A DNA stretch of 64,000 nt from Micrococcales bacterium (GTDB lineage Bacteria > Actinomycetota > Actinomycetes > Actinomycetales > Microbacteriaceae), in assembly GCA_024641015.1 (NCBI GenBank), contig JAHEDU010000003.1, positions 3,713-67,712 of the forward strand. The letters are read 5' to 3'. The notes beneath the pieces were generated by a model. That model ran no database searches. It saw only the letters and a program-made list of their open reading frames with translations, and was not told the origin of the DNA. Positions within the stretch are counted from its first letter, which is position 1. Each line of letters starts with the position of its first letter. Positions 9,947-20,073 of this stretch are shown here, piece by piece. Position numbers and translations under genes: made by a program.

Positions 9947-10759
9947 ATGCCGACCCTCGTACGCGACGTTCTAGCTCACGCTGAGCGTCTCTGGCCCTCT
10001 GCTGGCGCCGAGGAGTGGGATGTCGTCGGACTTGTGACCGGCGCACTGGAATCTGAAGTCCGTCGGATCCTGTTCGTGGTTGACGTCACTGACGACACTG
10101 TCACCGAAGCAATCGATGGCGGATACGACATGATCGTCGCCCACCACCCGCTTTTGTTGCGGGGCGTGACCTCGATCGCAGAAGACAAGTTCAAGGGCGA
10201 CGCGTTGGCGAGGCTCGTGCGGGCTGACTGCGCCGTGCTGTCGATTCACACCAACGGTGACCGTGTGGAAACCGGGACGAGTGCGACACTGGCAGAGCGC
10301 CTCGGGCTCTCCGGAGCGCAGCCCATTGTCCCGAACCCGATGGGCGGGGGATTGGGCGTGATCGGAACAATCGAACCCACCACGCTCGCAGAATTCGCGC
10401 GCCGCATCGCCGCGGCTCTTCCCTCGACTGCGAGTGGTGTCCGTGTGTCAGGCGAAATCGCTCAACCCGTCTCGACCGTTGCGGTGTGCGCAGGAGCCGG
10501 GGACAGTCTGCTGAATCACGCGACCGTCCTATCTGCAGATGTGTATGTCACCTCCGACCTTCGCCACCACCCTGTGAGCGAATTTAGGGACAACGCGAAA
10601 ATGGGGAACAAAACGGCGCTCATCGACATTTCGCACTGGGCCGCCGAATGGCTGTGGTTGTCGACCGCGGCGGTTGAACTGAACGGTGCGTTGCCCGACG
10701 TATCGATGGATGTGTCGGAAATCAACACCGACCCGTGGAACTTTGTGGTGATGCAATGA
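9947..10759 (+). CDS. Nif3-like dinuclear metal centre protein
   Basis: HHPLLL, HTNGD, SDLRHH and SHWAAE motifs. Confidence 0.93.
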   Translation: MPTLVRDVLAHAERLWPSAGAEEWDVVGLVTGALESEVRRILFVVDVTDDTVTEAIDGGYDMIVAHHPLLLRGVTSIAEDKFKGDALARLVRADCAVLSIHTNGDRVETGTSATLAERLGLSGAQPIVPNPMGGGLGVIGTIEPTTLAEFARRIAAALPSTASGVRVSGEIAQPVSTVAVCAGAGDSLLNHATVLSADVYVTSDLRHHPVSEFRDNAKMGNKTALIDISHWAAEWLWLSTAAVELNGALPDVSMDVSEINTDPWNFVVMQ

Positions 10760-11499
10760 CGAACCTGACCGTACCCTCTGCGACGCAGGCGAAACTTCTC
10801 GACGTGCTCGAGATCGACACCGAGGTCATCATGACCAACCGTCGTATTCGCGAGGCTCAGGCCGACCTGATTGGTCTCGACACTGACGTCGATTACTTGC
10901 GACTGGTTCGCGAAGCTGAGGCGGCCGAAGATCGACTCGATGATGCTCAGCGCGAATGCGACCACCTGGAATCTGACATCACCGTGGCGCGGAACCGTAT
11001 CGCTCGCGACCGTGAACGCGAAGAGCACACGAACGAGCCCAAAGAGCTCAGCGAGCTTGAGGACGAGATTCGATCGCTTCACCTGCGCATTGAGATGCTC
11101 GAGAACTCGGAACTCGAGGCGCTCGAAATTCGTGACGAAATGCGCGCCGCACGTGACGCCATTGTCGCTGAGCGCGACACCTTCCACCAGACGCGTGATG
11201 CGAAGGCGGCGGAGCTCAACGCCAGTATCGCGGCGGCACATGATCGACTGGACGCCCTCGCTCGTCAGCGCGCCGCCGTGATCGCCGAACTTCCTACTGA
11301 ATTCGTCGAGCTTTACGAGCGACAGCGTGAACGATACGGAGTCGGCGCATCGTTCCTTCAGCGCGGCATCACGTCGGCATCGGGCGTGCAGTTGTCCCCG
11401 TCACAACTCGAAGAGGTTCGCCTCGCCGACCCAGACGCCGTGTTGATGTGCCCTGATTCGAACGCCATTCTCATTCGAACCGAAGACTCTGGCCTGTGA
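10756..11499 (+). CDS. Coiled-coil protein with degenerate C4 zinc ribbon (DUF164/Rv2229c-like)
   Basis: Long coiled coil, LYER-x-R and C-terminal CPDSNAILIR; lies between nif3 and RNase H. Confidence 0.85.
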   Translation: MTNLTVPSATQAKLLDVLEIDTEVIMTNRRIREAQADLIGLDTDVDYLRLVREAEAAEDRLDDAQRECDHLESDITVARNRIARDREREEHTNEPKELSELEDEIRSLHLRIEMLENSELEALEIRDEMRAARDAIVAERDTFHQTRDAKAAELNASIAAAHDRLDALARQRAAVIAELPTEFVELYERQRERYGVGASFLQRGITSASGVQLSPSQLEEVRLADPDAVLMCPDSNAILIRTEDSGL

Positions 11500-11912
11500 G
11501 GACCCTCATCGTCGAAGCCGACGGAGGCTCGCGTGGAAACCCCGGTGTTGCCGCGGGAGGCGCAGTGGTGATTGATGAGTCGACGGGCGAGATCCTTGCG
11601 GAGGTTGGCGTCTTCGTCGGCGTTGCCACGAATAATGTCGCCGAATATTCGGGACTCCTTGGCGGTCTTCGGAAGGCGCGCGAAATCGACCCGACGGCGC
11701 GAATTCACGTTCGCATGGACTCAAAGTTGGTCGTCGAACAGATGTCGGGGCGTTGGAAGATCAAGCACCCGGACATGCGCGAACTCGCGCTCGAGGCACA
11801 GTCGGTAATTTCTGGCGCCGATGTCACGTTCGAATGGATTGCCCGCGAATTCAACTCGCGCGCTGACGCTGTCGCCAACCAGTCGATGGACCGTCGCGCG
11901 TCGTTCGGCTAA
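11496..11912 (+). CDS. Ribonuclease HI (Rv2228c N-terminal type)
   Basis: EADGGSRGNPG, TNNVAEY, DSKLVVEQM and NSRADAVAN motifs. Confidence 0.92.
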   Translation: MRTLIVEADGGSRGNPGVAAGGAVVIDESTGEILAEVGVFVGVATNNVAEYSGLLGGLRKAREIDPTARIHVRMDSKLVVEQMSGRWKIKHPDMRELALEAQSVISGADVTFEWIAREFNSRADAVANQSMDRRASFG

Positions 11913-11927
11913 TCGCTAGCATTGAGG

Positions 11928-12270
<343 letters not shown>

Positions 12271-12272
12271 TT

Positions 12273-13028
12273 CTAGTCGCTGAACGGAGCGAGCGCTGCT
12301 GCGCCAAGGATTCCCGCGTTGTTGAAGTGCTGTGCGGGGATGATCGGGGTGTTGAGCTCAAGTAGCGGCAAGAAGTTCTCGTACTCTTTCGAGACTCCAC
12401 CTCCGACAACGAAAAGCTGCGGGGAGAACAGTTTCTCCAAGGTGCCGTAGTACACCTGAAGTCGCTCCGCCCAACGTGTCCATGACAAATTGCGCTTGAC
12501 GCGCGCGCTGTTCGCGGCGAGGTTTTCGGCGGTGCGCCACTTCGAACCGGGAAGGTTGATATGGCCAAGTTCCGAGTTGGGGATGAGCACGCCGTTGTAA
12601 ATCAGCGCTGACCCGATACCGGTTCCCAGCGTCGTGACCATGACCAGTCCATTGACGCCCTTCGCTGCACCGAATTTCACTTCGGCGAACCCGGCCGCAT
12701 CCGCGTCGTTGACGACGTGAACTTTGCGGCCCGTCTTTGCCTCGAAGAGGTCGCCGACGTTGGTTCCGATCCACGAGCGATCAACGTTGGCGGCACTCAT
12801 CGCCACTTCGTTGATGATGACGGCGGGGAAGCAGACGCCGATCGGCAGTGAACCGTTCGGGTCGAGCTGTTCGACGAGTTCGTGCACGACGTCAGCGACA
12901 TCGGCGGGCTTGGCGCCTTCAGGTGTGCCGACCTTGATCTTCTCCGACACTAGTTCGCCGTTTTCGACGTCCACGATTGCCGCTTTGATACCGGTTCCGC
13001 CGATGTCGATACCGATTGTGCGTGCCAT
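12273..13028 (-). CDS. ppgK: Polyphosphate glucokinase (ROK family)
   Basis: GIDIGGTGIK, NDADAAG, TLGTGIGS and NSELGH motifs. Confidence 0.93.
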   Translation of the reverse strand: MARTIGIDIGGTGIKAAIVDVENGELVSEKIKVGTPEGAKPADVADVVHELVEQLDPNGSLPIGVCFPAVIINEVAMSAANVDRSWIGTNVGDLFEAKTGRKVHVVNDADAAGFAEVKFGAAKGVNGLVMVTTLGTGIGSALIYNGVLIPNSELGHINLPGSKWRTAENLAANSARVKRNLSWTRWAERLQVYYGTLEKLFSPQLFVVGGGVSKEYENFLPLLELNTPIIPAQHFNNAGILGAAALAPFSD

Positions 13029-13089
13029 GTCGTTACTCCGTCGCGCCGTGGTGGTGAATACTGTCCAGTGTATCGAGAGGGGAGTCGCT

Positions 13090-13254
13090 ATGGCGTGGTG
13101 GTACAACCACAAGACGGGGATTGTCGAAGAAGGACCCCAGTCGTTGGGCGGTGACCGCGACGGCCCGTACGCGACTCGCGAGGAAGCTGAACGAGCGCCA
13201 GAAATCGCTGCCGAACGTGCTCGACGCTGGCGTGAGGAAGAGAAAGAGGACTAG
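13090..13254 (+). CDS. Small actinobacterial protein (54 aa, WWYN...GPY-x-TREEA type)
   Basis: RBS GGGAG before the ATG; fills the ppgK-panB gap; resembles a conserved small actinobacterial family. Confidence 0.75.
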   Translation: MAWWYNHKTGIVEEGPQSLGGDRDGPYATREEAERAPEIAAERARRWREEEKED

Positions 13255-14066
13255 TCCTCGAAAGAGTGAGCCGCGTCAGGGAAGGCGCGTGAACGCACGT
13301 CGTCCTGCCAGCGCGTGACGGCACCGGTGAGTGTTTCGTGAAGGTTGGCGTACTGTTCGACGAAGGTTGGAATTCGACCGGTGGACATGCCTGCAAGGTC
13401 GGTCCACACAAGGATCTGTCCGTCGACGCCATTTCCGGCGCCGATACCGATGACGGGAATCGTCAATTCCTGCGCCAACTTCGTCGCGACTGCGCGCGGA
13501 ACCATTTCGACCACGACGGCGAATGCGCCGGCAGCTTCGACAGCCTTCCCATCAGCGATCAGCTTCACGGCGTCCTCGCCACGGCCCTGCACGACGTGTC
13601 CGCCCAGTCCATGTTCGCTCTGAGGTGTGAAGCCGATATGTGCCATCACGGGGATTCCCGCGCCGGAAATGCGGGCAATGTGCTCGGTGACGCGAACGCC
13701 ACCCTCGAGCTTTACTGCGTGAACGCCGGATTCCTTCATAAACCGTGTCGCGGTGGCGAGTGCCTGGTCGGGGTTGCTTTCGTAGGAACCAAAAGGAAGG
13801 TCGGCGACGACAAGTGCGCGTTGTGCTCCGCGAACGACACCGCGAGCGAGCGGGATCAATTCGTCGACGGTGACTGAGACCGTGCTGTCATAGCCGAACA
13901 CCGTGTTCGCCGCGCTGTCACCGACAAGGAGAAAGTCGACCTCGGCCGCGTCAAAGATTTGGGCGGTGAGGTAGTCGTAACAGGTCAAGCCTGTGATGAC
14001 GTGCCCCGACTGCTTTGCGCTGACGAAGTGGCGCGTACGGACACGCTTGACGATCGACTCGGACAT
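13251..14066 (-). CDS. panB: 3-methyl-2-oxobutanoate hydroxymethyltransferase
   Basis: LTCYD, LLVGDS, ADLPFGSY, VKLEGG and HIGFTPQ motifs. Confidence 0.96.
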   Translation of the reverse strand: MSESIVKRVRTRHFVSAKQSGHVITGLTCYDYLTAQIFDAAEVDFLLVGDSAANTVFGYDSTVSVTVDELIPLARGVVRGAQRALVVADLPFGSYESNPDQALATATRFMKESGVHAVKLEGGVRVTEHIARISGAGIPVMAHIGFTPQSEHGLGGHVVQGRGEDAVKLIADGKAVEAAGAFAVVVEMVPRAVATKLAQELTIPVIGIGAGNGVDGQILVWTDLAGMSTGRIPTFVEQYANLHETLTGAVTRWQDDVRSRAFPDAAHSFED

Positions 14067-14075
14067 GCTTCCAGC

Positions 14076-15761
14076 CTAAAGGTTGGATTTGCGCACGGTG
14101 ATGGGCAGTCGACGCTCGCGACCGAACGCCATGCGAGTGATGCGCGGGCCGATGGCGCCCTGGCGACGCTTCCATTCGCTGATCGACACGAGGTGTGCGA
14201 TTCGTTCGACAGTGGCGCGGTCGAAACCGGCGTCAATGATTGCAGCGATGCTCTCGCGTCGGTCGATGAGACGTTCAAGAATCGCGTCGAGAACGTCATA
14301 CGGAGGAAGCGAATCCTGGTCGACCTGCCCGGGTCGAAGCTCAGCACTCGGCGGCTTCGTGATTGAGTTTTCGGGGATGGGCGGTGTCTCGCCGCGTGCA
14401 CGGGCAATGGCGTTACGCCATTCCGCCAACTGCCACACCAGCGTCTTGGGCACATCCTTGATCGGTGCGTAGCCGCCAACGGTATCGCCGTACATCGTGC
14501 AATAACCGACGGCGACTTCGGACTTGTTGCCGGTTGTGAGGACGAGGTGGCCGTGCTGGTTGGAAAGTGCCATGAGGATCATTCCGCGCGCACGAGCCTG
14601 GATATTCTCTGCGGAAAGTCCGACAAGTCCCAGTTGCGCCTCAAACGGAGCGACGAGGTCGCCAATCGGTTGAACGTCGAAGTGGCACCCGATTCGCTCT
14701 ACCAAATCAGCGGCATCGCCCTTCGAGTGGTCGCTCGACCACTGACTGGGCATGGAAACGCCGAAAACACGCTCTGCGCCGATCGCGTCAGCGGCAAGTG
14801 CAGCGCACACTGCACTGTCGATACCGCCGGAGAGGCCGAGCGTGACACTGGGGAAGCGGTTCTTTTCAACGTAGTCACGAACGCCGAGAACGAGCGCAGA
14901 CCAGATGTCCTCGAGTTCGTCCTTGTCCGGTGTGATGAGCGGCGCGAGCAGATTGAGGTTGTTCTGGCGAACCGGAATCCCTGCACCCGCTGATGTGCCG
15001 ACGAAGTCGTGGAAGAGTGTCGCCGACTCGAATCGAGGAGCTCGAGCAATGACGGTGCCGTTCTGGTCAACGATGGCGCTGTCGCCATCGAAGACGAGAT
15101 CATCTTGACCACCGACCAGGTTGACGTAGGCGACGGGTGCTGCGAATTGCGCGGCCCGACGCGTGAGGAGAGGGAAGCGATTGTCGTCCTTGGTGCGGTC
15201 GAACGGTGACGCGTTGATCACGACGACTGCGTCGAGTTCCTGCCCGGCGAGGGTTTCGACAGGTCCGTTGTCGCGCCAGAGGTCCTCGCAGATGAGGAAA
15301 CCGACCTTGACCCCACCGAGGACAGGAGCGTGGGGCTCGCGACCCGGCACGAACACGCGCTGTTCATCAAACACCGAGTAGTTGGGAAGGTGCTGCTTGT
15401 CATACGTGGAATGAACCGCGCCGTCAAACAAAACGGCGAGTGAGTTGTGGGCGATTGCGCCGCCGAACGTGGGTGTAGCCGAGCGTCGAATGTATCCGAC
15501 GACCACGGCGATGTCGCCGAATCCGTCTTCGGCGAGAAGTCTCGCCAAGATTTCAACACCGGACTCAGAGGCGTCCACGAAGTCGGGGGAGAAGGCGAGA
15601 TCCTCGATCGGGTACCCCGTCAACGCCATCTCGGGGAAGGCAACGACGCTTGCGTGTGCGTTCGCGGCGTCACGAACTGCATCCCTGATGAGGGTGCTGT
15701 TGCCCTCGATGTCACCCACGACGGGGTTGATTTGCGCGAGGGCGAAACGAATCCGCGACAT
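14076..15761 (-). CDS. nadE: Glutamine-dependent NAD+ synthetase
   Basis: Nitrilase domain (FPE, K, ICED) plus GLSGGIDS and ENIQAR. Confidence 0.96.
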   Translation of the reverse strand: MSRIRFALAQINPVVGDIEGNSTLIRDAVRDAANAHASVVAFPEMALTGYPIEDLAFSPDFVDASESGVEILARLLAEDGFGDIAVVVGYIRRSATPTFGGAIAHNSLAVLFDGAVHSTYDKQHLPNYSVFDEQRVFVPGREPHAPVLGGVKVGFLICEDLWRDNGPVETLAGQELDAVVVINASPFDRTKDDNRFPLLTRRAAQFAAPVAYVNLVGGQDDLVFDGDSAIVDQNGTVIARAPRFESATLFHDFVGTSAGAGIPVRQNNLNLLAPLITPDKDELEDIWSALVLGVRDYVEKNRFPSVTLGLSGGIDSAVCAALAADAIGAERVFGVSMPSQWSSDHSKGDAADLVERIGCHFDVQPIGDLVAPFEAQLGLVGLSAENIQARARGMILMALSNQHGHLVLTTGNKSEVAVGYCTMYGDTVGGYAPIKDVPKTLVWQLAEWRNAIARARGETPPIPENSITKPPSAELRPGQVDQDSLPPYDVLDAILERLIDRRESIAAIIDAGFDRATVERIAHLVSISEWKRRQGAIGPRITRMAFGRERRLPITVRKSNL

Positions 15762-15803
15762 AGCAAGTAGCCTAGTAGTGGCAGTTCGTCGTCAAGGAGT
15801 CCC

Positions 15804-17135
15804 ATGGAAAAGCAACAGGAATTTGTCCTTCGCACCATCGAAGAACGCGGCGTCAAGTTCGTTCGACTGTGGTTCACGGACGTCTCAGGAACGTTGAAGA
15901 ACGTTGCTCTTGCACCTGCCGAGGTCGAAGGCGCGTTCGCCGAGGGGCTCGGAGTTGACGGCTCGTCCATCGAAGGTTTGACCCGTGTGTACGAGGCCGA
16001 CGTTCTTCTTCACCCGGACCCCACCACTTTCCAGGTTCTTCCCTGGCGCGGGCAGGTCGACCCGACCGCTCGCATGTTCTGCGACATCACGACACCTGAC
16101 GGCCAGCCCGCCGCGACTGACCCGCGACAGGTGCTTCGCCGCACGCTGAACAAGGCTGCGGACAAGGGCTTCACGTTCTACACGCACCCCGAAATCGAGT
16201 TCTACCTGTTCAAGTCGAACGACTCGTCGAACCCGATTCCCGTGGACGAGGCCGGCTACTTTGACAACGTCCCTGGTGGAACCGCGCACGACTTCCGCCG
16301 CAACGCGGTTCGTCACCTCGAGGATCTCGGTATTTCGGTTGAGTTCAGCCACCACGAGGCTGGCCCCGGTCAGAACGAAATCGACCTGCGTTACGCGGAT
16401 GCGCTGACCACCGCCGACAACATTCAGACTTTCCGCACTGTTGTCAAAGAGGTTGCCATCGAACAGGGCGTCTACGCGACGTTCATGCCGAAGCCGCTCG
16501 CGAACCAGCCCGGCAGTGGAATGCACACGCACATGTCGCTGTTCGAAGGCGACGCGAACGCGTTCTTCGACCCCAGCAAGCCGCACAACCTGTCGACGAC
16601 GGCACGTCAGTTCATGGCGGGAATCCTCACCCACGCGCCCGAAATCACGGCGGTGACGAACCAGTTCGTCAACTCGTACAAGCGCCTGTGGGGTGGCGGC
16701 GAAGCGCCTCCGTTCGTGACGTGGGGACACAACAACACCTCGGCACTGATCCGCGTTCCCAACTACAAGCCGGGCAAGGAGCAGTCGGTTCGTATTGAGT
16801 ACCGCGGTCTCGACGCCGCCGCGAACCCGTACCTCGCATACTCGTTGCTTCTCGCGGCCGGAATGAAGGGAATCGAAGAGGGCTACGAACTTCCGCCCGA
16901 GGCCGAGGGAGACATCGCAGCGCTCTCGTCTACCGAACGCCGCGCGCTCGGGTACAAACCGCTTCCCGAAAGCCTTCACCGCGCTCTTCACGCGATGGAG
17001 GAGTCGGAGCTCGTCGCGGAGACGCTCGGCGAGCAGGTCTTCAACTTCTTCCTGCGAAACAAGTTGGCCGAATGGAACGCGTATCGCAACCAGGTCACAC
17101 CGTGGGAGCTGGACTCGAACTTCCGCACGCTGTAA
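15804..17135 (+). CDS. glnA2: Glutamine synthetase-like protein, GlnA2 type
   Basis: VRLWFTD, HHEAGPGQNE, TFMPKP and GSGMHTH motifs; upstream of glnE. Confidence 0.92.
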   Translation: MEKQQEFVLRTIEERGVKFVRLWFTDVSGTLKNVALAPAEVEGAFAEGLGVDGSSIEGLTRVYEADVLLHPDPTTFQVLPWRGQVDPTARMFCDITTPDGQPAATDPRQVLRRTLNKAADKGFTFYTHPEIEFYLFKSNDSSNPIPVDEAGYFDNVPGGTAHDFRRNAVRHLEDLGISVEFSHHEAGPGQNEIDLRYADALTTADNIQTFRTVVKEVAIEQGVYATFMPKPLANQPGSGMHTHMSLFEGDANAFFDPSKPHNLSTTARQFMAGILTHAPEITAVTNQFVNSYKRLWGGGEAPPFVTWGHNNTSALIRVPNYKPGKEQSVRIEYRGLDAAANPYLAYSLLLAAGMKGIEEGYELPPEAEGDIAALSSTERRALGYKPLPESLHRALHAMEESELVAETLGEQVFNFFLRNKLAEWNAYRNQVTPWELDSNFRTL

Positions 17136-17138
17136 ACC

Positions 17139-20027
17139 ATGGCGAGCGAACTGAGTCTTCAGTCGCTGGCCCGCTGGGGCTTTGCGGAGCTGTCCGCTGC
17201 CCGTGAAACGCTGACTTGTCGAGGTTGGAACGGAGAATGGTTCGCGCGTGCGGCGAGTCCCGACAAGGCGCTGACGTGGCTAGACAAGTTGTACGAGTCC
17301 GACTCCGACAAAACGGTTGAACGCGCATTGGCGAAGTCGGACGGGAACCTGCGCGAGGGGCTCATTCGGGTGCTGGGCGCGAGCGACGGACTCGCCGAGT
17401 TCATCGTGCGTACTCCGCTGTCCTTTGTGCGGGCGTTGCCGCCGGCAGAATTACCAACCGCGGACGGGTACCGCCAGGCCTTCCGCCAATCCAAGGTCCC
17501 CAATTCCGACGTTCTTCGTAGTATCTATCGTCATCACCTTGTCACGATCGCCGCGTGGGACTTGTGTCAGCCGAACGCGGTTGACGCCGTCCAACGAGTT
17601 GGACAGGCACTTGCCGATTTGACGGATGCCACCGTAGACGCGGCGATCTCTCTCGCGCGAAAGAGCCTCACGGTCGACCCAATGGAACTTGACGGCACCC
17701 GCTTTGCCGTGATTGGCATGGGCAAGACGGGAGCCCGCGAACTCAACTACATTTCGGACGTCGACGTGATTTTCGTCTGTGAAGCAAATGGCATCGAGGA
17801 TCACCGCGCGGTCGAGATTGCGACAAAACTCGCACGAGCGACCACTGCGGTTATTCACGAGCCGGGCATCGAGCCTCCGCTGTGGGAACTCGACGCGAAT
17901 CTTCGCCCCGAGGGTGCCAAGGGCGCGCTCGTTCGCACCCTCGAATCGCACGTGGCGTATTACGAGCGTTGGGCCGAGAACTGGGAATTCCAGGCGTTAC
18001 TCAAGGCGCGTCCCATGGCGGGTGACCCTGAGCTGGGCGAACGCTATCTCGCTGCGATGTCGCCGTTTGTCTGGTCAAGTTCGAGCCGACCCGGATTCGT
18101 GGAGTCCGCGCAGCGCATGCGTGAGCGAGTGACCGAGAACATTCCGGCGGACCAGCGCGACATTCAGATCAAGCTGGGTCCTGGTGGTCTTCGCGACGTT
18201 GAATTCACGGTCCAGTTGTTGCAACTGGTGCACGGCAAGGACGACGAGACACTTCGGACCCGCGACACTCTCACAAGCCTCGAGAGGCTCACTGAAGGAG
18301 GTTACGTTGGGCGAGCAGAGTCACAGTCGTTCGCTCACGCGTATCGTGCTTTGCGTGTCCTCGAGCATCGCGTGCAGTTGTTGGCATTGCGCCGCACGCA
18401 CCTCATGCCTCGCGACGACGAGACGCTTCGCATCGTCGCCCGTGGATCGGGACTTGCCGAAACGCCAGACGGTTTGCTGGCGTGGTGGCAACCGCTCAAA
18501 ATCGAGGTGCGGTCGCTCCACGAGAAGATCTTCTATCGTCCGCTCCTGGCTGCGGTCGCTGCGCTTCCTGGCGAGCCACTTGCCCTTTCGAGCGGACAGG
18601 CAGAGGCGCGACTCGCCGCATCGGGTTTCCGCGATGCTGCTGGTGCTCTGCGTCACATCGCGGCCCTGACCGAAGGGATCAGCCGCAGCGCAACGATGCA
18701 GCGCAACCTCTTACCCGTTTTGCTGCACTGGATGACCGAGGGGACCGACCCCGACGGCGGACTTGCGTCCTTCCGCAAGGTCAGTGAGAACCTCGGCGAG
18801 ACGCCGTGGTATCTGCGAATGCTGCGCGATTCGGCTGGAGCCGCCCAGCGACTCAGCCGTGTCCTGTCGATGTCGGCGTTCGTTGCTTCGCTCATCGAAC
18901 GAATCCCGGAGTCGGTTGCGTGGCTCGACGATGATGATCTGCTCGCTCCTCGTACGCTCGACGAGATGTGGGCTGAATTCGCCGCCATCGAATCGCGGCA
19001 CGAAAAGGCTGATGACGCCGCCAAGGCAATCCGCTTCGCACGTCGTCGCGAACTGTTACGTCTTGGACTGGCGGCGGTTTTGGACACCATCGATGTCGAG
19101 CAGCTCGGCCGCGGACTTTCGGACCTCACGACGGCAACCATCCGGGCGGCACTTGCGCTCGCACGGCGTGGGGACGACGGAATCGAGTTCGCCGTGGTCG
19201 CCATGGGTCGATACGGCGGGGGAGAGCTCGGCTTCTCGTCCGACGCGGACATCCTCTGGGTGTTCCGCGACACCGGTGCCGGTGACAACGCTCACAAGCG
19301 CGCCGAGGCGATCGTCAAGGAAATTCAGCGCCTCACCGAAGATCTGCGGTTCCCACTCGACCTCGATGCGGGTCTTCGCCCCGAAGGCAAGAACGGGCCG
19401 ACCGTGCGGTCGCTGGATGCGTACGCCGCGTACTACGAATCGTGGAGTGACATTTGGGAGACCCAGGCGCTGGTGCGCGCCGTGCCTGTCGCTGGTGACG
19501 ACGCGTTGTGTTCGGATTTTGACGCGATGGCGGATTCGGTTCGATATTCGCGTGAGATCGGCGAGGACGGGCTGCGTGAGATTCGTCGAATCAAGGCGCG
19601 CGTCGAGAATGAGCGCTTGCCGTTCGGCGCTGATCCGACACGAAACACGAAGCTCGGTCGTGGCTCGTTGAGCGACGTTGAATGGCTGGTTCAATCCCTG
19701 CAGCTTCAACACGGTGCGACGGATTCCACGGTTCGCTTGGCATCGACACTCGGTGCACTCTCGGCACTCGGCACATCCGGTGCCCTCACCGAGTCGGACG
19801 CCGAAGCGCTCCGCGACGCCTGGTTGACCGCATCACGAGTACGCAGTGCCACCACTCTCGCGACGGGGAAGAATTCAGACGTCCTGCCGACTGACCGCAC
19901 CGAACTCGAAGCGATCGCGCGAATCATGGCGTATCCGGCTGGCGGTGGCTCGGCTCTGGAGAACGACTATCTGCGAATCACGCGACGCGCTCGCCAGGTA
20001 TTCGAGTCCAACTTCTATCCCGCTTAA
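17139..20027 (+). CDS. glnE: Glutamine synthetase adenylyltransferase
   Basis: Two nucleotidyltransferase motifs: MGKTGARELNYISDVD and MGRYGGGELGFSSDAD. Confidence 0.96.
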   Translation: MASELSLQSLARWGFAELSAARETLTCRGWNGEWFARAASPDKALTWLDKLYESDSDKTVERALAKSDGNLREGLIRVLGASDGLAEFIVRTPLSFVRALPPAELPTADGYRQAFRQSKVPNSDVLRSIYRHHLVTIAAWDLCQPNAVDAVQRVGQALADLTDATVDAAISLARKSLTVDPMELDGTRFAVIGMGKTGARELNYISDVDVIFVCEANGIEDHRAVEIATKLARATTAVIHEPGIEPPLWELDANLRPEGAKGALVRTLESHVAYYERWAENWEFQALLKARPMAGDPELGERYLAAMSPFVWSSSSRPGFVESAQRMRERVTENIPADQRDIQIKLGPGGLRDVEFTVQLLQLVHGKDDETLRTRDTLTSLERLTEGGYVGRAESQSFAHAYRALRVLEHRVQLLALRRTHLMPRDDETLRIVARGSGLAETPDGLLAWWQPLKIEVRSLHEKIFYRPLLAAVAALPGEPLALSSGQAEARLAASGFRDAAGALRHIAALTEGISRSATMQRNLLPVLLHWMTEGTDPDGGLASFRKVSENLGETPWYLRMLRDSAGAAQRLSRVLSMSAFVASLIERIPESVAWLDDDDLLAPRTLDEMWAEFAAIESRHEKADDAAKAIRFARRRELLRLGLAAVLDTIDVEQLGRGLSDLTTATIRAALALARRGDDGIEFAVVAMGRYGGGELGFSSDADILWVFRDTGAGDNAHKRAEAIVKEIQRLTEDLRFPLDLDAGLRPEGKNGPTVRSLDAYAAYYESWSDIWETQALVRAVPVAGDDALCSDFDAMADSVRYSREIGEDGLREIRRIKARVENERLPFGADPTRNTKLGRGSLSDVEWLVQSLQLQHGATDSTVRLASTLGALSALGTSGALTESDAEALRDAWLTASRVRSATTLATGKNSDVLPTDRTELEAIARIMAYPAGGGSALENDYLRITRRARQVFESNFYPA

Positions 20028-20034
20028 CGACGAA

Positions 20035-20056
20035 GGCGCCACCCTAAGGTGACGCC
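20035..20056. terminator. Hairpin between convergent glnE and glnA1
   Basis: GGCGCCACC-CTAA-GGTGACGCC. Confidence 0.5.
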
Positions 20057-20073
20057 CCGCCGCAGAACTCGAA

